A stretch of DNA of 32,000 nt from Pseudomonadota bacterium (GCA_041179505.1 JBEGTH010000012.1:1-32000); one strand, 5' to 3'. Numbered from the stretch's first letter, positions 14,080 to 24,019 are shown. Numbers and translations: made by a program. Notes: generated by a model not told the origin, from the letters alone.

Positions 14080-14478
14080 ATGAAAATTGGTGAACTAGCA
14101 ACAGCCACAGGCACTCAAGTGGAAACTATTCGGTTTTATGAGCAAGAGGGTTTGTTAGCAAAACCAGCTCGATCCGAGGGTAACTTCCGAATCTACGGGG
14201 ATCAGCACCTGCAACGCCTTACATTTATTCGCCACTGCCGCTCGCTGGACATGACTTTAAGTGAAATTCGTCAATTACTTCGCTTAAAAGATTTGCCAGA
14301 TGAAAACTGTGGTGCAGTAAATGAATTGCTTGATGCCCATATTCAGGATGTAAGCAATCGGATTAATGAGCTACGCCAACTTGAGCGACAATTAAAGCTG
14401 CTCAGAAAACAATGTCATGCGAATCAGGACTCAGCACATTGCGGGATCTTAAATAAATTATCGCTACCCGTAAAGTAA
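14080..14478 (+). CDS. cadR: MerR-family metal-responsive regulator (CadR/PbrR/ZntR type)
   Basis: MKIGELATATGTQVETIRFYEQEGLL (HTH). Cys residues lie in the dimerisation and C-terminal region (C..C at HCRS, ENCG, QCHANQDSAHCG). GGAGG lies 5 nt upstream. Confidence 0.9.
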   Translation: MKIGELATATGTQVETIRFYEQEGLLAKPARSEGNFRIYGDQHLQRLTFIRHCRSLDMTLSEIRQLLRLKDLPDENCGAVNELLDAHIQDVSNRINELRQLERQLKLLRKQCHANQDSAHCGILNKLSLPVK

Positions 14479-14480
14479 AA

Positions 14481-14502
14481 AAGAGGTGATACTACCGCCT
14501 CT
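14481..14502. terminator. Hairpin terminator between cadR and the end of the copper array (T-run on the minus strand)
   Basis: AAGAGGTG-ATACTA-CGCCTCTT. On the minus strand it is followed by TTTTTTAC. Confidence 0.5.
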
Positions 14503-14623
14503 TATTGGCCGATTTGAGACTTTGAAGTTAATTCCTGCAACCAGCCTCTTCTCGACGGTGATCTCAACCCATCAATCCAATAATCCGAGTACGCTAACTC
14601 TCACCCAAAACTGAGCGACCTGC

Positions 14624-14854
14624 TTAACGTAAGCCTTTATTTAACTGATCCACAATCTCGGCCCAATCAGTATCTAAAAGCAACTCATCACGAAGAAGTC
14701 TTGCTTGATATGGTGTCCATAATGGTGCATCAGTTAATTCAATCGCTTCATCTAAAGGCGCATGCCGATCAATGAATGCCTTAATACTATTACCATCAGA
14801 AGGTAGTCCTAATTGAAGGAATAACTCAGAGAATGGATGAAATGACTTTTCCAT
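14624..14854 (-). CDS. DUF2789-like small protein (76 aa)
   Basis: Trimmed to MEKSFHPFSELFLQLGLPSD... with AAGGAG upstream. It starts 2 nt after the ATPase stop. The longer track ORF overlaps the ATPase gene. Confidence 0.7.
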   Translation of the reverse strand: MEKSFHPFSELFLQLGLPSDGNSIKAFIDRHAPLDEAIELTDAPLWTPYQARLLRDELLLDTDWAEIVDQLNKGLR

Positions 14855-14856
14855 GA

Positions 14857-17205
14857 TTAATTTCTCCTTAAACGTAACGCATTTGTAATGACCGAGGCTG
14901 AGCTCAAGCTCATGGCAAGTGCAGCAATTAATGGTGAGAGTAACCATCCAGTGAAAGGATATAAGAGACCAGCAGCAATAGGAATGCCCAGTGCGTTATA
15001 AAGAAACGCAAACACTAGGTTTTGCTTCATATTGCCTACCGTATCGTCTGAAAGCGACTTAGCAATCGCAATACCTCTGAGATCACCTTTAACTAAAGTA
15101 ATTTGGGCGCTATTCATAGCAACGTCAGTACCGGTGCCCATAGCAATACCAACATTGGCTTTTGCTAAAGCTGGAGCATCATTGATGCCATCACCTGCCA
15201 TTGCAACAATCCGACCTTCATTTTGTAGTCGAGTTACCAATTCGAGCTTATCTGCTGGCTTAACCTCTCCATAGACCTCTTCAATCCCAAGGCGCTTGCC
15301 AACAGATTTAGCAGTTGTTAATCCATCTCCAGTTGCCATCACAATTCGCAATCCCGCCTCTCTTAAGGTTTGCAAAGCCTCTGGCGTAGTAGCCTTAATA
15401 GGATCAGAGACAGCTAAAAGTCCAGCAAGCTTTCCGTTGATAGCTAAATGCATCACGCTAGCGCCTTCAGAGCGGAGCTCCTCTGCTTGGGCTTTCAAAA
15501 TATCAACAGAAACTCCCAGCTTATCCATCAATGCAGTATTACCCAACGCCAAATGAAACAAGCCAACACTACCTTGAACTCCAATTCCTGAACTTGATTC
15601 AAAGTTTTCGGGTTTCTCTAATGGCAAATTACGGTCTCTTGCGGCGCGAACAATTGCATCGGCAAGGGGATGCTCACTGCCCTGATCAAGACTTGCTGCA
15701 AGCTTTAAGACCTCATTACCATCAAAGCTGGGCGCAGGAATAACTCTATCAAAAATTGGCTTACCCTCTGTTAAGGTGCCTGTTTTATCAATAATGAGGG
15801 TGTTCACCTTACGAAGATTTTCAATGGCCGCAGCGTCGCGGAACAAAATTCCCTTTGTCGCCCCTTTACCAGTAGCAACCATAATCGACATTGGCGTGGC
15901 AAGACCTAGGGCACAAGGGCAAGCAATGATTAATACCGAAACCGCATTGATTAAACCAAAGACCCAACTTGGTTCGGGGCCAAAGATCCCCCAAATAAAA
16001 AAAGTCAGTAAAGCTATCGCTACAACCGTTACTACAAAATATCCCGCAACAATATCTGCCATTCGCTGCATTGGTGCTCTGGAGCGTTGGGCTTGAGCTA
16101 CCATTTGCACAATTTGAGCCAGCATGGTTGATGAACCAACACGCTCGGCTTTAATAATCAATGCGCCATTGGTATTCATCGTTGCTCCAATCACACGATC
16201 ACCGATACGCTTAGTAACTGGCAATGGCTCCCCGGTAAGCATGGATTCATCAAGCGCACTAGAGCCTTCAACAATGACGCCATCAACAGGCACTTTTTCA
16301 CCTGGGCGCACCCTCAATAAGTCTTCAATATGAACATTTGATAAAGGAATATCCTCCTCAGATCCATCGCCCTTAATTCTTCTAGCTGTTTTAGGCGCTA
16401 AGCCCAGCAAGGATTTAATTGCCGCAGAAGTTTGTGAACGTGCCTTTAGTTCCAACACCTGACCAAGCAGAGTCAATGAAATAATGACGGCGGCTGCCTC
16501 AAAATACACACCAATCCTGCCCATAGACATAAAGGAAGCAGGAAACACTTGTGGAGCTACCGTAGCAACAACGCTATACAAAAATGCAGCACCTGTTCCC
16601 AATCCAATCAAAGTCCACATATTTGGACTGCGATTGGCTATGGATTGCCAGCCACGATGAAAGAATGGCCATCCTGCCCATAAAACAATTGGTAAGGATA
16701 GGAATAATTCAACCCAGGTTTGGGTTTGAGACTCTAGTAGATTAAGTTTATGGCCAAACATCGCAAGGATAGTCACCACTGTCGTCAAAGGCAGCGTCCA
16801 CCAAAATCGTCTTTGAAAATCAACTAATTCTGGATTTTCTTCTTCCTCTAATTCAGGCAACAGAGGCTCTAAACTCATTCCACAAATTGGGCAATTACCT
16901 GGTTGATTCTGCCGAATTTGCGGATGCATGGGGCAGATATAAATTGTGCCGGCCACCGAAGCAGGCGACTCTGAGTCCTTTAGTCCCCCATCTAGATACT
17001 TGCTGGGCGCTCCAATAAATTTTTCTTTACAACCATTGCTGCAAAAGTAATACGCAATATTCTTAAGCGAGTAACTATGCTTAGACTGAGAAGTGACCGT
17101 CATCCCACAAACAGGATCCTTCAAGGAATTTTCATCCGAAAAATGTTCGTGATGGGAGTGATCGTGTCCATGCTCATGATGATTGTTCTCATTGTGATTA
17201 CTCAT
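14857..17205 (-). CDS. copA: Cu(I)/Ag(I)-translocating P1B-type ATPase with non-canonical N-terminal metal-binding modules
   Basis: Motifs CPC ([13 protein letters not shown]), DKTGTLT, TGDG and [10 protein letters not shown]. The N-terminus is [21 protein letters not shown], then [18 protein letters not shown] (TRASH/YHS-like), then [20 protein letters not shown]. Confidence 0.9.
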   Translation of the reverse strand: MSNHNENNHHEHGHDHSHHEHFSDENSLKDPVCGMTVTSQSKHSYSLKNIAYYFCSNGCKEKFIGAPSKYLDGGLKDSESPASVAGTIYICPMHPQIRQNQPGNCPICGMSLEPLLPELEEEENPELVDFQRRFWWTLPLTTVVTILAMFGHKLNLLESQTQTWVELFLSLPIVLWAGWPFFHRGWQSIANRSPNMWTLIGLGTGAAFLYSVVATVAPQVFPASFMSMGRIGVYFEAAAVIISLTLLGQVLELKARSQTSAAIKSLLGLAPKTARRIKGDGSEEDIPLSNVHIEDLLRVRPGEKVPVDGVIVEGSSALDESMLTGEPLPVTKRIGDRVIGATMNTNGALIIKAERVGSSTMLAQIVQMVAQAQRSRAPMQRMADIVAGYFVVTVVAIALLTFFIWGIFGPEPSWVFGLINAVSVLIIACPCALGLATPMSIMVATGKGATKGILFRDAAAIENLRKVNTLIIDKTGTLTEGKPIFDRVIPAPSFDGNEVLKLAASLDQGSEHPLADAIVRAARDRNLPLEKPENFESSSGIGVQGSVGLFHLALGNTALMDKLGVSVDILKAQAEELRSEGASVMHLAINGKLAGLLAVSDPIKATTPEALQTLREAGLRIVMATGDGLTTAKSVGKRLGIEEVYGEVKPADKLELVTRLQNEGRIVAMAGDGINDAPALAKANVGIAMGTGTDVAMNSAQITLVKGDLRGIAIAKSLSDDTVGNMKQNLVFAFLYNALGIPIAAGLLYPFTGWLLSPLIAALAMSLSSASVITNALRLRRN

Positions 17206-17222
17206 TGCAAATCCTTGTTTAC

Positions 17223-17732
17223 CTAATTCATTAAAACTGGCGTATCTGGGATTTCATTATCTGAAGATGTTTTACCTGGGAATTGACTTTGCAATAGTTG
17301 ACTCACCATTTCAATTCCAGACAAAATGCCAGCCTGATATTCATTAAGTGCGAATTTGGATTCGATCTCATGACAAATAACATCCCACGCACTGGCATCT
17401 GCATTTGAATGAATGCCTCTATCGGCAATTATCTCTACAGCATGATCGGCTAATAAAATATAAATGAGCACCCCATTATTGTGCTCGGTATCCCAAACTC
17501 TGAGATTGGTAAAGACTTCAATTGCACGATCTCTAGGGCTTAAGTCTTTTAACAAGGCAAGCGTATCCAGGGCACCTTCCACGGCAAAACAGATTTGACC
17601 CGAATGTTGAGCCTCACTATCTCGAATCGCATTTGTTATTGCGGCAAGATCTTCCTTGGAAAAGCATTTCCCTACCTTGCGACTATGAGACCAGAGATGT
17701 TTTATTAATCGATTCATATTCATGCTTACCAT
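17223..17732 (-). CDS. TPM-domain protein (cytoplasmic type)
   Basis: Motifs [10 protein letters not shown]...[28 protein letters not shown]. The start may instead be ATG 17723 or 17717, just after the upstream stop. Confidence 0.75.
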   Translation of the reverse strand: MVSMNMNRLIKHLWSHSRKVGKCFSKEDLAAITNAIRDSEAQHSGQICFAVEGALDTLALLKDLSPRDRAIEVFTNLRVWDTEHNNGVLIYILLADHAVEIIADRGIHSNADASAWDVICHEIESKFALNEYQAGILSGIEMVSQLLQSQFPGKTSSDNEIPDTPVLMN

Positions 17733-18592
17733 CTCCCCGAGGAGCCACCGCCACCAAAGCCGCCACCGCCACCACTAAATCCACCCCCGCCACCATGGCC
17801 TCCTCCACTGCTATAGCCACCAAAGCCATGTCTACCCAACCCCATTCCGGATAGAGCAACGACCAATGCCACAACACCGGCAATTAAGGCCATATAAAAC
17901 GCACCGAACATAAACCAGGCGATAAGAGCTACAAATCCTCCAGTAACTAGGGATCCAGGTAACCTGCCGAGCATCGATCGTAAGATTCCACCAAGCACTA
18001 AAGCCACAATAAAAATGATTGGTAAAAACGAACGAATATCCCCGGGGTCACGCATTTCTGTATTAGTTGGGTTTGGCGCTGGTAACGCCTCACCATCAAC
18101 CACGCTAATCACAGCGTTTAGGCCATCCGTAATGCCGCCATAAAAATCCTGCTGTTTGAATCGGGGCACAATGATTTGGTCGATGATTCGCTTGCTAGTT
18201 GCATCAGTTAATACTCCTTCAAGGCCGTAACCTACCTCAATCCGAAGGGCTCTATCCGCTTTAGCAATAATCAGAATCGCACCATCATCTACTTTTTTCC
18301 GTCCAATCTTCCATTGCTCAGCTACGCGAATAGCATATTGCTCAATAGCTTCAGGGGCTGTAGATTGCACCATTAACACCACAATCTGACTACCCTTTTT
18401 AGCCTCAAAATTACTTAAGGTTTGATCTAGAGAGCCAATCTGACTGGGTGTAAGAGTACCTGTTTGATCAATGACCCGCCCTGATAAAGCTGGCACCGTC
18501 TGCTGCGCCACAGAAAACTGAGGCCAGCAGAGCAGCGCCAAAAGCGATAGCAAGGCGAATAGGCGTTTAGGCAGCCAGAAGATGCGAGTCAC
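17726..18592 (-). CDS. TPM-domain membrane protein (YgcG-like) with a Gly-rich C-terminal tail
   Basis: Signal peptide, a TPM core (DQTGTL...IVVLMV...DDGAILIIAKADRALRIEVGYGLEG), TM helices and a GGGHGGGGGFSGGGGGFGGGG tail. Confidence 0.8.
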   Translation of the reverse strand: MTRIFWLPKRLFALLSLLALLCWPQFSVAQQTVPALSGRVIDQTGTLTPSQIGSLDQTLSNFEAKKGSQIVVLMVQSTAPEAIEQYAIRVAEQWKIGRKKVDDGAILIIAKADRALRIEVGYGLEGVLTDATSKRIIDQIIVPRFKQQDFYGGITDGLNAVISVVDGEALPAPNPTNTEMRDPGDIRSFLPIIFIVALVLGGILRSMLGRLPGSLVTGGFVALIAWFMFGAFYMALIAGVVALVVALSGMGLGRHGFGGYSSGGGHGGGGGFSGGGGGFGGGGSSGRW

Positions 18593-18606
18593 GAAAGTTG
18601 CTCCAG

Positions 18607-19209
18607 TTATTTCGCCGCAGGAGTATCAAATGAAACGCTAGGAGGAGTTGCTAATTCCTTTTCATTCTCAACGGCAAAGTTTGCCTTAGCTTTATAACCA
18701 AAGACCATTGCTGTTAAGTTAGATGGGAATGAGCGAATCGTGACGTTGTACTCCTGTACAGATTTAATGTAACGATTACGAGCAACTGTAATGCGATTTT
18801 CAGTGCCCTCTAGTTGCGCTTGCAAATCCCTAAACCCTTGATTTGCTCGTAAGCTCGGGTAGTTTTCTGAAACGACTAATAGTCTGGATAAAGCCGAAGT
18901 GAGCTGTCCTTGCGCTTGCTGGAATTTCTGGAAAGCTTCTGGGTTATTTACCAAATCAGGAGTAGCTTGAATTGAGGTCGCTTTAGACCTGGCTTCTACA
19001 ACTTTGGTGAGGGTATCTTGTTCGAACTTAGCCTCACCCTTAACGGTGCTCACTAAATTAGGAATCAGGTCGGCTCTACGCTGATATTGATTTAATACCT
19101 CAGACCAGCTAGAAGTTACCTGCTCATCTTGGGACTGAATTTGGTTATACCCGCAACCTGATAATAATACCGCTGCTATTGCCAGCAGACCGATGAGATA
19201 TTTACGCAT
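18607..19209 (-). CDS. LemA-family lipoprotein
   Basis: Lipobox LLSGC, then SSWSEVLNQYQRRADLIPNLV...RNRY, typical of LemA. Confidence 0.85.
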   Translation of the reverse strand: MRKYLIGLLAIAAVLLSGCGYNQIQSQDEQVTSSWSEVLNQYQRRADLIPNLVSTVKGEAKFEQDTLTKVVEARSKATSIQATPDLVNNPEAFQKFQQAQGQLTSALSRLLVVSENYPSLRANQGFRDLQAQLEGTENRITVARNRYIKSVQEYNVTIRSFPSNLTAMVFGYKAKANFAVENEKELATPPSVSFDTPAAK

Positions 19210-19294
19210 TTGTTACTCCTTTACTTAATTAAAGTTTGAATCTGCAAGAACAATCACCTTTTTAGATGTATAAAAATTGGGATTAAAGAGGGTA

Positions 19295-19555
19295 TTAACC
19301 ACAACAGCAACCACCAGATTTTTTCTGTGGCGCTTGAACGCTGCCATCAAGATCCAAAGATGAGGGATAACCATCCTCATTTAGCGCATGAATCAAATCG
19401 TCACTCTTCCAGCTCGTTCTATCTAAATGTACTTTACCGTTTTGCAAGTCAACATGGATATTGGATACGCCATCTAAAGATTCCAGCGCCTTGGTAACGT
19501 GCTTGACGCAAGAGCCACAAGTCATACCAGCCACATTTAAATGAATTTGACTCAT
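19295..19555 (-). CDS. copZ: CopZ-like heavy-metal-associated domain protein with a C-terminal CCC tail
   Basis: VAGMTCGSCVKHV HMA motif. The C-terminus is KKSGGCCCG. Confidence 0.85.
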   Translation of the reverse strand: MSQIHLNVAGMTCGSCVKHVTKALESLDGVSNIHVDLQNGKVHLDRTSWKSDDLIHALNEDGYPSSLDLDGSVQAPQKKSGGCCCG

Positions 19556-19557
19556 AT

Positions 19558-19866
19558 TCAGTCTCCTTTTTTTAATTCGATGACATATAGCTTTCCACCT
19601 TCGCTTGATGCTACGAATTCCACTTGGTCTCCAGACTTAAGACCATTTAAAAGAGTTTTGTTTTTCACGTTAAAAATCATGGTCATTGGGGGCATATCTA
19701 AATTCTTGATTTCCTCGTGACGAATGGTGACTTTGCCTTGCTCCAAATCAACTTTGCGTACCTGACCAGCCGTATATGCACCAGTAGATTGGGCGCTTGC
19801 TACATGAGTCAAGATTACTCCCGATAGTAGAAAAATAACACTCAAATATTTTTTTAGATTGTTCAT
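19558..19866 (-). CDS. cusF: CusF/SilF-like periplasmic Cu(I)/Ag(I)-binding protein
   Basis: Signal peptide, then GKVTIRHEEIKNLDMPPMTMIF, matching the CusF H/M/M/W-type site region. Confidence 0.8.
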   Translation of the reverse strand: MNNLKKYLSVIFLLSGVILTHVASAQSTGAYTAGQVRKVDLEQGKVTIRHEEIKNLDMPPMTMIFNVKNKTLLNGLKSGDQVEFVASSEGGKLYVIELKKGD

Positions 19867-19876
19867 AAATGAACTC

Positions 19877-20344
19877 CTATCGATAAGATTGATAAATTTG
19901 GGATTGACCGTTTTTAGAGATCAATAAAACGTCATAAGGATCTTTTCTAGATCCATACTCAGGACTATCCATTCCTGGAGAGCCTATGGGCATCGCTGGT
20001 ACAGCAATCCCTACAGCATTGGGCTTCTCGGCTAATAAACGCTTAATTTCTCTCGCTGGGACATGACCTTCGATTGCATAACCCTCAATGACTGCGGTAT
20101 GGCAAGACCCAAACTGAATGGGCATACCCATCTTCTTTCTAATCTGGTCATTGCCATCGCTGATCACTTTAGTAGCAAAGCCATTTTTCTCAACATACGT
20201 AATCCAATCCTTGCAACAGCCACAGGTTGGACTCTTCCATACTGTGATCAATGGTTTTTCACTGGCAGCACGGGATGCAAACGGCACTAGCACCAATCCC
20301 ATTGCTATAGCCCTTCTTGTTAAATTAATGTTGATGGGAGCCAT
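19877..20344 (-). CDS. copG: DUF411 (CopG-type) periplasmic metal-binding protein
   Basis: Signal peptide LTRRAIAMGLVLVPFASRAAS. Also WKSPTCGCCKDW (the CxCC motif of DUF411) and GHVP. Confidence 0.8.
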   Translation of the reverse strand: MAPININLTRRAIAMGLVLVPFASRAASEKPLITVWKSPTCGCCKDWITYVEKNGFATKVISDGNDQIRKKMGMPIQFGSCHTAVIEGYAIEGHVPAREIKRLLAEKPNAVGIAVPAMPIGSPGMDSPEYGSRKDPYDVLLISKNGQSQIYQSYR

Positions 20345-21140
20345 GGCCGTCCCCTTTCTGTGCTGGTGAAACAGATTTAGGTCCAGCTACCGAAATTGAT
20401 CCCTTCATTCCCGCATCGTAATGGCCTGGTTGTAGGCATGCAAATTGCACTTTTCCAGATTTCGTAAATTGCCAAATAATTTCACCTGTTTGACCAGCGC
20501 CTAAGGTAACCATGTTTGGCTCGGCATGCTCCATTTCTGGAAACTTCATCATCTGCTTGTAGTGCTCTTGTAGCTCTTGATCTGTACCAAGCACCATTTC
20601 ATGTTTTGTTTTACCCAGATTCTTGACTACAAAGTGGATAGTTTCGCCTTGCTTGACTTGAATACTGCTAGGATTAAATCTCATGTTGTCTGTCATGCGA
20701 ACTCTAATTGTTCGATTTACTTTGGCTGCAATACCCGGCTGTCCAACACTAGAATTTTCGCTGCCATGATCATGACCACCACTGGCGCCATGGTCATGAG
20801 ACATTGCGCCCATGCCACCCATAGCCCCCATGCCTGCGCCTGATCCCTGCATCTTGTCATGCATCGCCTTACATTGACTAGCACTCATCTCAGGATGCAT
20901 TTGTTGGCACATTGCCACCCTTTGTTCAGGAGTCATTTTTGCCATATTCTCGTGCATCGCCTTACATTGATCAGGACTCATTTCAGGATGCATTTTTTGA
21001 CACATCGCTGCCATTGGATCTTGGTTCATGGCCCCTTGATTCATCATCCCCATACCGCCAGGTTGTGTTGTACCTTGCGCAAACACCAAACTAGATGCTG
21101 CCATCGCAATTGCTGCCAATGTAAATTGAATATTTTTCAT
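20325..21140 (-). CDS. Periplasmic cupredoxin (CopI-like) with a Met/His/Cys-rich N-terminal region
   Basis: Signal peptide. Duplicated MCQ(K/Q)MHPEMSxxQCKAMH units. SHDHGASGGHDHG. C-terminal type-1 Cu ligand pattern FACLQPGHYDAGMKG. Confidence 0.8.
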   Translation of the reverse strand: MKNIQFTLAAIAMAASSLVFAQGTTQPGGMGMMNQGAMNQDPMAAMCQKMHPEMSPDQCKAMHENMAKMTPEQRVAMCQQMHPEMSASQCKAMHDKMQGSGAGMGAMGGMGAMSHDHGASGGHDHGSENSSVGQPGIAAKVNRTIRVRMTDNMRFNPSSIQVKQGETIHFVVKNLGKTKHEMVLGTDQELQEHYKQMMKFPEMEHAEPNMVTLGAGQTGEIIWQFTKSGKVQFACLQPGHYDAGMKGSISVAGPKSVSPAQKGDGHGSHQH

Positions 21141-21157
21141 TTTGTTTTCCTTAATTA

Positions 21158-22570
21158 TTAATGTCCAGAATGCCCATTGGGCTTTCTTACTTGCACTTCG
21201 ATTTCTTTAGTAGAGCTTGGGCTTGTTGATTGCATAGGTTTTGCAGCATTTGGTTGCGTTGGAGCTGTAGGTAATGCGCCTTTGTAAGCCTCTGCCACCG
21301 TACCAGCCGGATGCTTATACCAACCCGGATCTGCATAATCGCCAGGCTTTTGATCCTTACGTACTTTTAATACGCTAAACATACCGCCCATCTCTACCGA
21401 TCCAAAAGGACCCATACCCGTCATCATGCGAGCCGTGTTATCGGGAATAGGCATTTCCATTTCAGACATATCGCCCATACCCCTTTCACCCATCACCATA
21501 TAGTCAGGTATCAGACTGTTAATCTTCTTGCCAACACCCCGGTGATCAACGCCAATCATGGTGGGGAGGTTATGCCCCATTGCATTCATGGTGTGGTGGC
21601 TCTTATGGCAATGGATCGCCCAGTCACCCTCTTCATCTGCAAGAAATTCAATTTGCCGCATCTGCCCAACAGCCACATCAGTGGTTACCTCAGGCCAACG
21701 AGCAGTTTTTGGAACAGGGCCTCCATCAGTGCCTGTGACCGAAAACTCATGCCCATGAAGATGAATTGGATGATTAGTCATTGTTAAGTTTCCCACTCTG
21801 ATTCGGACCTTGTCATTTAGGGCGACATTCAAAGAATCTATGCCAGGAAAAACGCGGCTATTCCAGCTCCATATATTGAAGTCAACCATCGTGGCTACTT
21901 TTGGTGTGTAACTACCAGGATCAATGTCATATGAGCTCAATAAAAAACAAAAGTCCCTATTAACATCATCAATAAGTGGATTTTGATCTTTAGGATGCGT
22001 AATCCACATACCCATCATTCCCATTGCCATCTGTGTCATTTCATCGGCATGGGGATGGTACATAAATGTTCCCGGGCGGCGAGCAACAAACTCATACATG
22101 AAGGTTTTTCCGGGTGGAATACCTTTTTGAGTTAAACCTGTTACACCATCCATACCATTTGGTAATCTTTGGCCATGCCAATGTACTGAAGTCTGCTCTG
22201 GTAACCGATTGGTAACAAATATCCGGACTCGGTCGCCTTCCACCACTTCGATTGTTGGCCCAGGGCTTTGACCGTTGTAACCCCATAAATGCGCCTTAAA
22301 TCCAGAAGTCATTTCTCGCACTACTGGCTCAGCGACTAAATGAAACTCTTTAACGCCTTCATTCATTCTCCAGGGTAATGTCCAGCCATTTAAGGTAACA
22401 ACTGGGTTGTATGGGCGACCTGTACTAGGGGTCAATGGTGGCATCGTATTAGCGTTTACCTGCGTCACTATTTCTGGGGCACCAGATAAGGCATGGCGGC
22501 CAACTGCCGCAACCGCAACAGCACCACCAGCAATACCGGCATATTTAAAAAAATCTCTTCTTGAACTCAT
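21158..22570 (-). CDS. Multicopper oxidase (CopA/PcoA family), Tat-exported
   Basis: MSSRRDFFKYAG twin-arginine signal. Copper-ligand motifs SVHWHG, HPHADE, HLHGHEF and HCHKSHHTMNAM. Confidence 0.9.
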   Translation of the reverse strand: MSSRRDFFKYAGIAGGAVAVAAVGRHALSGAPEIVTQVNANTMPPLTPSTGRPYNPVVTLNGWTLPWRMNEGVKEFHLVAEPVVREMTSGFKAHLWGYNGQSPGPTIEVVEGDRVRIFVTNRLPEQTSVHWHGQRLPNGMDGVTGLTQKGIPPGKTFMYEFVARRPGTFMYHPHADEMTQMAMGMMGMWITHPKDQNPLIDDVNRDFCFLLSSYDIDPGSYTPKVATMVDFNIWSWNSRVFPGIDSLNVALNDKVRIRVGNLTMTNHPIHLHGHEFSVTGTDGGPVPKTARWPEVTTDVAVGQMRQIEFLADEEGDWAIHCHKSHHTMNAMGHNLPTMIGVDHRGVGKKINSLIPDYMVMGERGMGDMSEMEMPIPDNTARMMTGMGPFGSVEMGGMFSVLKVRKDQKPGDYADPGWYKHPAGTVAEAYKGALPTAPTQPNAAKPMQSTSPSSTKEIEVQVRKPNGHSGH

Positions 22571-22582
22571 TATTTTTCCTTA

Positions 22583-24019
22583 TCAATGTCCGGCAGGGTT
22601 TGCTAACATCCCTGCCCCAGTAACGCTAGGCACCTGGAGTATTGTTGGTCTGCCAATTAAGGAGGACTGCAAAGCAGCATCTGTTAACCAAAATTGTTGC
22701 TGAGCATTAATTGCCGCAATTACTGCAGAGACCTGATCTCTTGAGTCGGCAATCAACTCAAAGACACCAATAATCATGCCGTTATAGCGAAGCTGACTTT
22801 CTTCAGCGATGGCTTTGCGTACAGGTATTACTTCTTTTCGATAGTGTTGGGATATGTCGTATGCAGTTCGATAGGCCGAGTAAGTCTCCCTCAAATTGGA
22901 ACTAGCGTTTCGAGTAACGCCCTCTAGCCGATTAAATGCGGCTAAAGTTTGGGCATTCATAGCATCCCTACTCATATTTCCCCAATCGAAAATTGGTAGT
23001 CGAATCGAGATTTCATAACCCTGCTTTGGAGTGCTATCACCAGATGCTGAATCAAATTTAGTGCCGCGATTAAAGCCCAATTCAATATCGGTAAAACTGG
23101 TGATGTTGTTAAGCCCCTGGGCCTTTGCTGCTGCCTCTAAAGTTGCTGTAGCCAAGCGAATGTCTAGCCGCTCTACACCGGCTTGCTGCGCAATAAATTC
23201 GGTGTTTGGTGGTTGCTTAGGCAGATCAGGTAAACGATTGGGCAATTTGAGTTCTTTTGCCTGAGCTTCACTTAAGCCAAGGGCACGAACAAGCTCCTCC
23301 CTACGACTTACTGAAGTCTGTTTTGCATTAGCAAACTGCGTAGCCGAGTCTGCATAAAAAGCCTGCTGCCTTGCACGAGTAATCTTATTAAGATTACCTA
23401 CTGCTTCCATGCGCCTTGCTAGCTCAGCACTTGCTTCTGCACCTCGAAAAACTTGATCGGCATATTTTAGGGATTGCTCTGCTGCAACTGCACGAACCCA
23501 AGCCTGGCGAACCAAAGTAACTTGATCAATGATTTCGGTCGTTAAACGCAATTGAGCTTGTTCAATTCGCTTATCAGCTATTCCTTTGCGCTGTGGCAAA
23601 GTAATCAGATCTAATAATCCAAATACAAACCAGCGATTAAATTCGATCTCTGGACTAGTAACCATTCGCTCAAAAGCAAAATAAGGATTAGACATTCTGC
23701 CTGCTTGGGCAGCAGACGCTGCTTCAGACCAATTCTGGGCAATAAGTGCTTGAACGGCTGGACTATTAATCAAGGCAAGCTGAACAGCATCGCTTTGATT
23801 TAAATTCTTAGCCAGCAGTTCCTGAGCTCTACCCTGAAGAACATCACGCTCATCTGACGATTTTGCTAAAACAACCTGGCCATTAGTAAATTTACTCGAA
23901 TCTAGATTCGTTTTTTGTAAGGCCTCGTCAATATTGACGCTAGCGCATCCAGTAAGAGCACTCGCAAATAAGATTGATACTATTTTGTATCGTTTATTGA
24001 AAGGCATGGTCATCATCAT
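22583..24019 (-). CDS. Outer-membrane efflux lipoprotein (TolC/OprM family)
   Basis: Lipobox LTGCAS and duplicated OEP-type helical repeats. The start is uncertain: MMMTM at 24019, or M at 24007. ATGA overlaps the upstream stop. Confidence 0.85.
   Translation of the reverse strand: MMMTMPFNKRYKIVSILFASALTGCASVNIDEALQKTNLDSSKFTNGQVVLAKSSDERDVLQGRAQELLAKNLNQSDAVQLALINSPAVQALIAQNWSEAASAAQAGRMSNPYFAFERMVTSPEIEFNRWFVFGLLDLITLPQRKGIADKRIEQAQLRLTTEIIDQVTLVRQAWVRAVAAEQSLKYADQVFRGAEASAELARRMEAVGNLNKITRARQQAFYADSATQFANAKQTSVSRREELVRALGLSEAQAKELKLPNRLPDLPKQPPNTEFIAQQAGVERLDIRLATATLEAAAKAQGLNNITSFTDIELGFNRGTKFDSASGDSTPKQGYEISIRLPIFDWGNMSRDAMNAQTLAAFNRLEGVTRNASSNLRETYSAYRTAYDISQHYRKEVIPVRKAIAEESQLRYNGMIIGVFELIADSRDQVSAVIAAINAQQQFWLTDAALQSSLIGRPTILQVPSVTGAGMLANPAGH

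Noticed and set aside
11970-16333. Numerous 60-108 aa plus-strand ORFs inside the two P-type ATPase genes: 11970-12296, 12699-12881, 13323-13523, 15032-15274, 15296-15556, 15531-15743, 15776-16096 and 16124-16333.
   Set aside because: They are antisense shadows of long, motif-rich ATPase genes. Their products are Ala/Ser/Pro/Thr-rich low-information sequences with no SD sequences.
17633-17883. ORFs 17633-17854(+) and 17683-17883(-), plus the apparent GGT/GCC tandem-repeat DNA around 17735-17830.
   Set aside because: The repetitiveness is the Gly-rich C-terminal tail (GGGHGGGGGFSGGGGGFGGGG) of the TPM membrane protein. It is not a regulatory tandem repeat or a CRISPR array.
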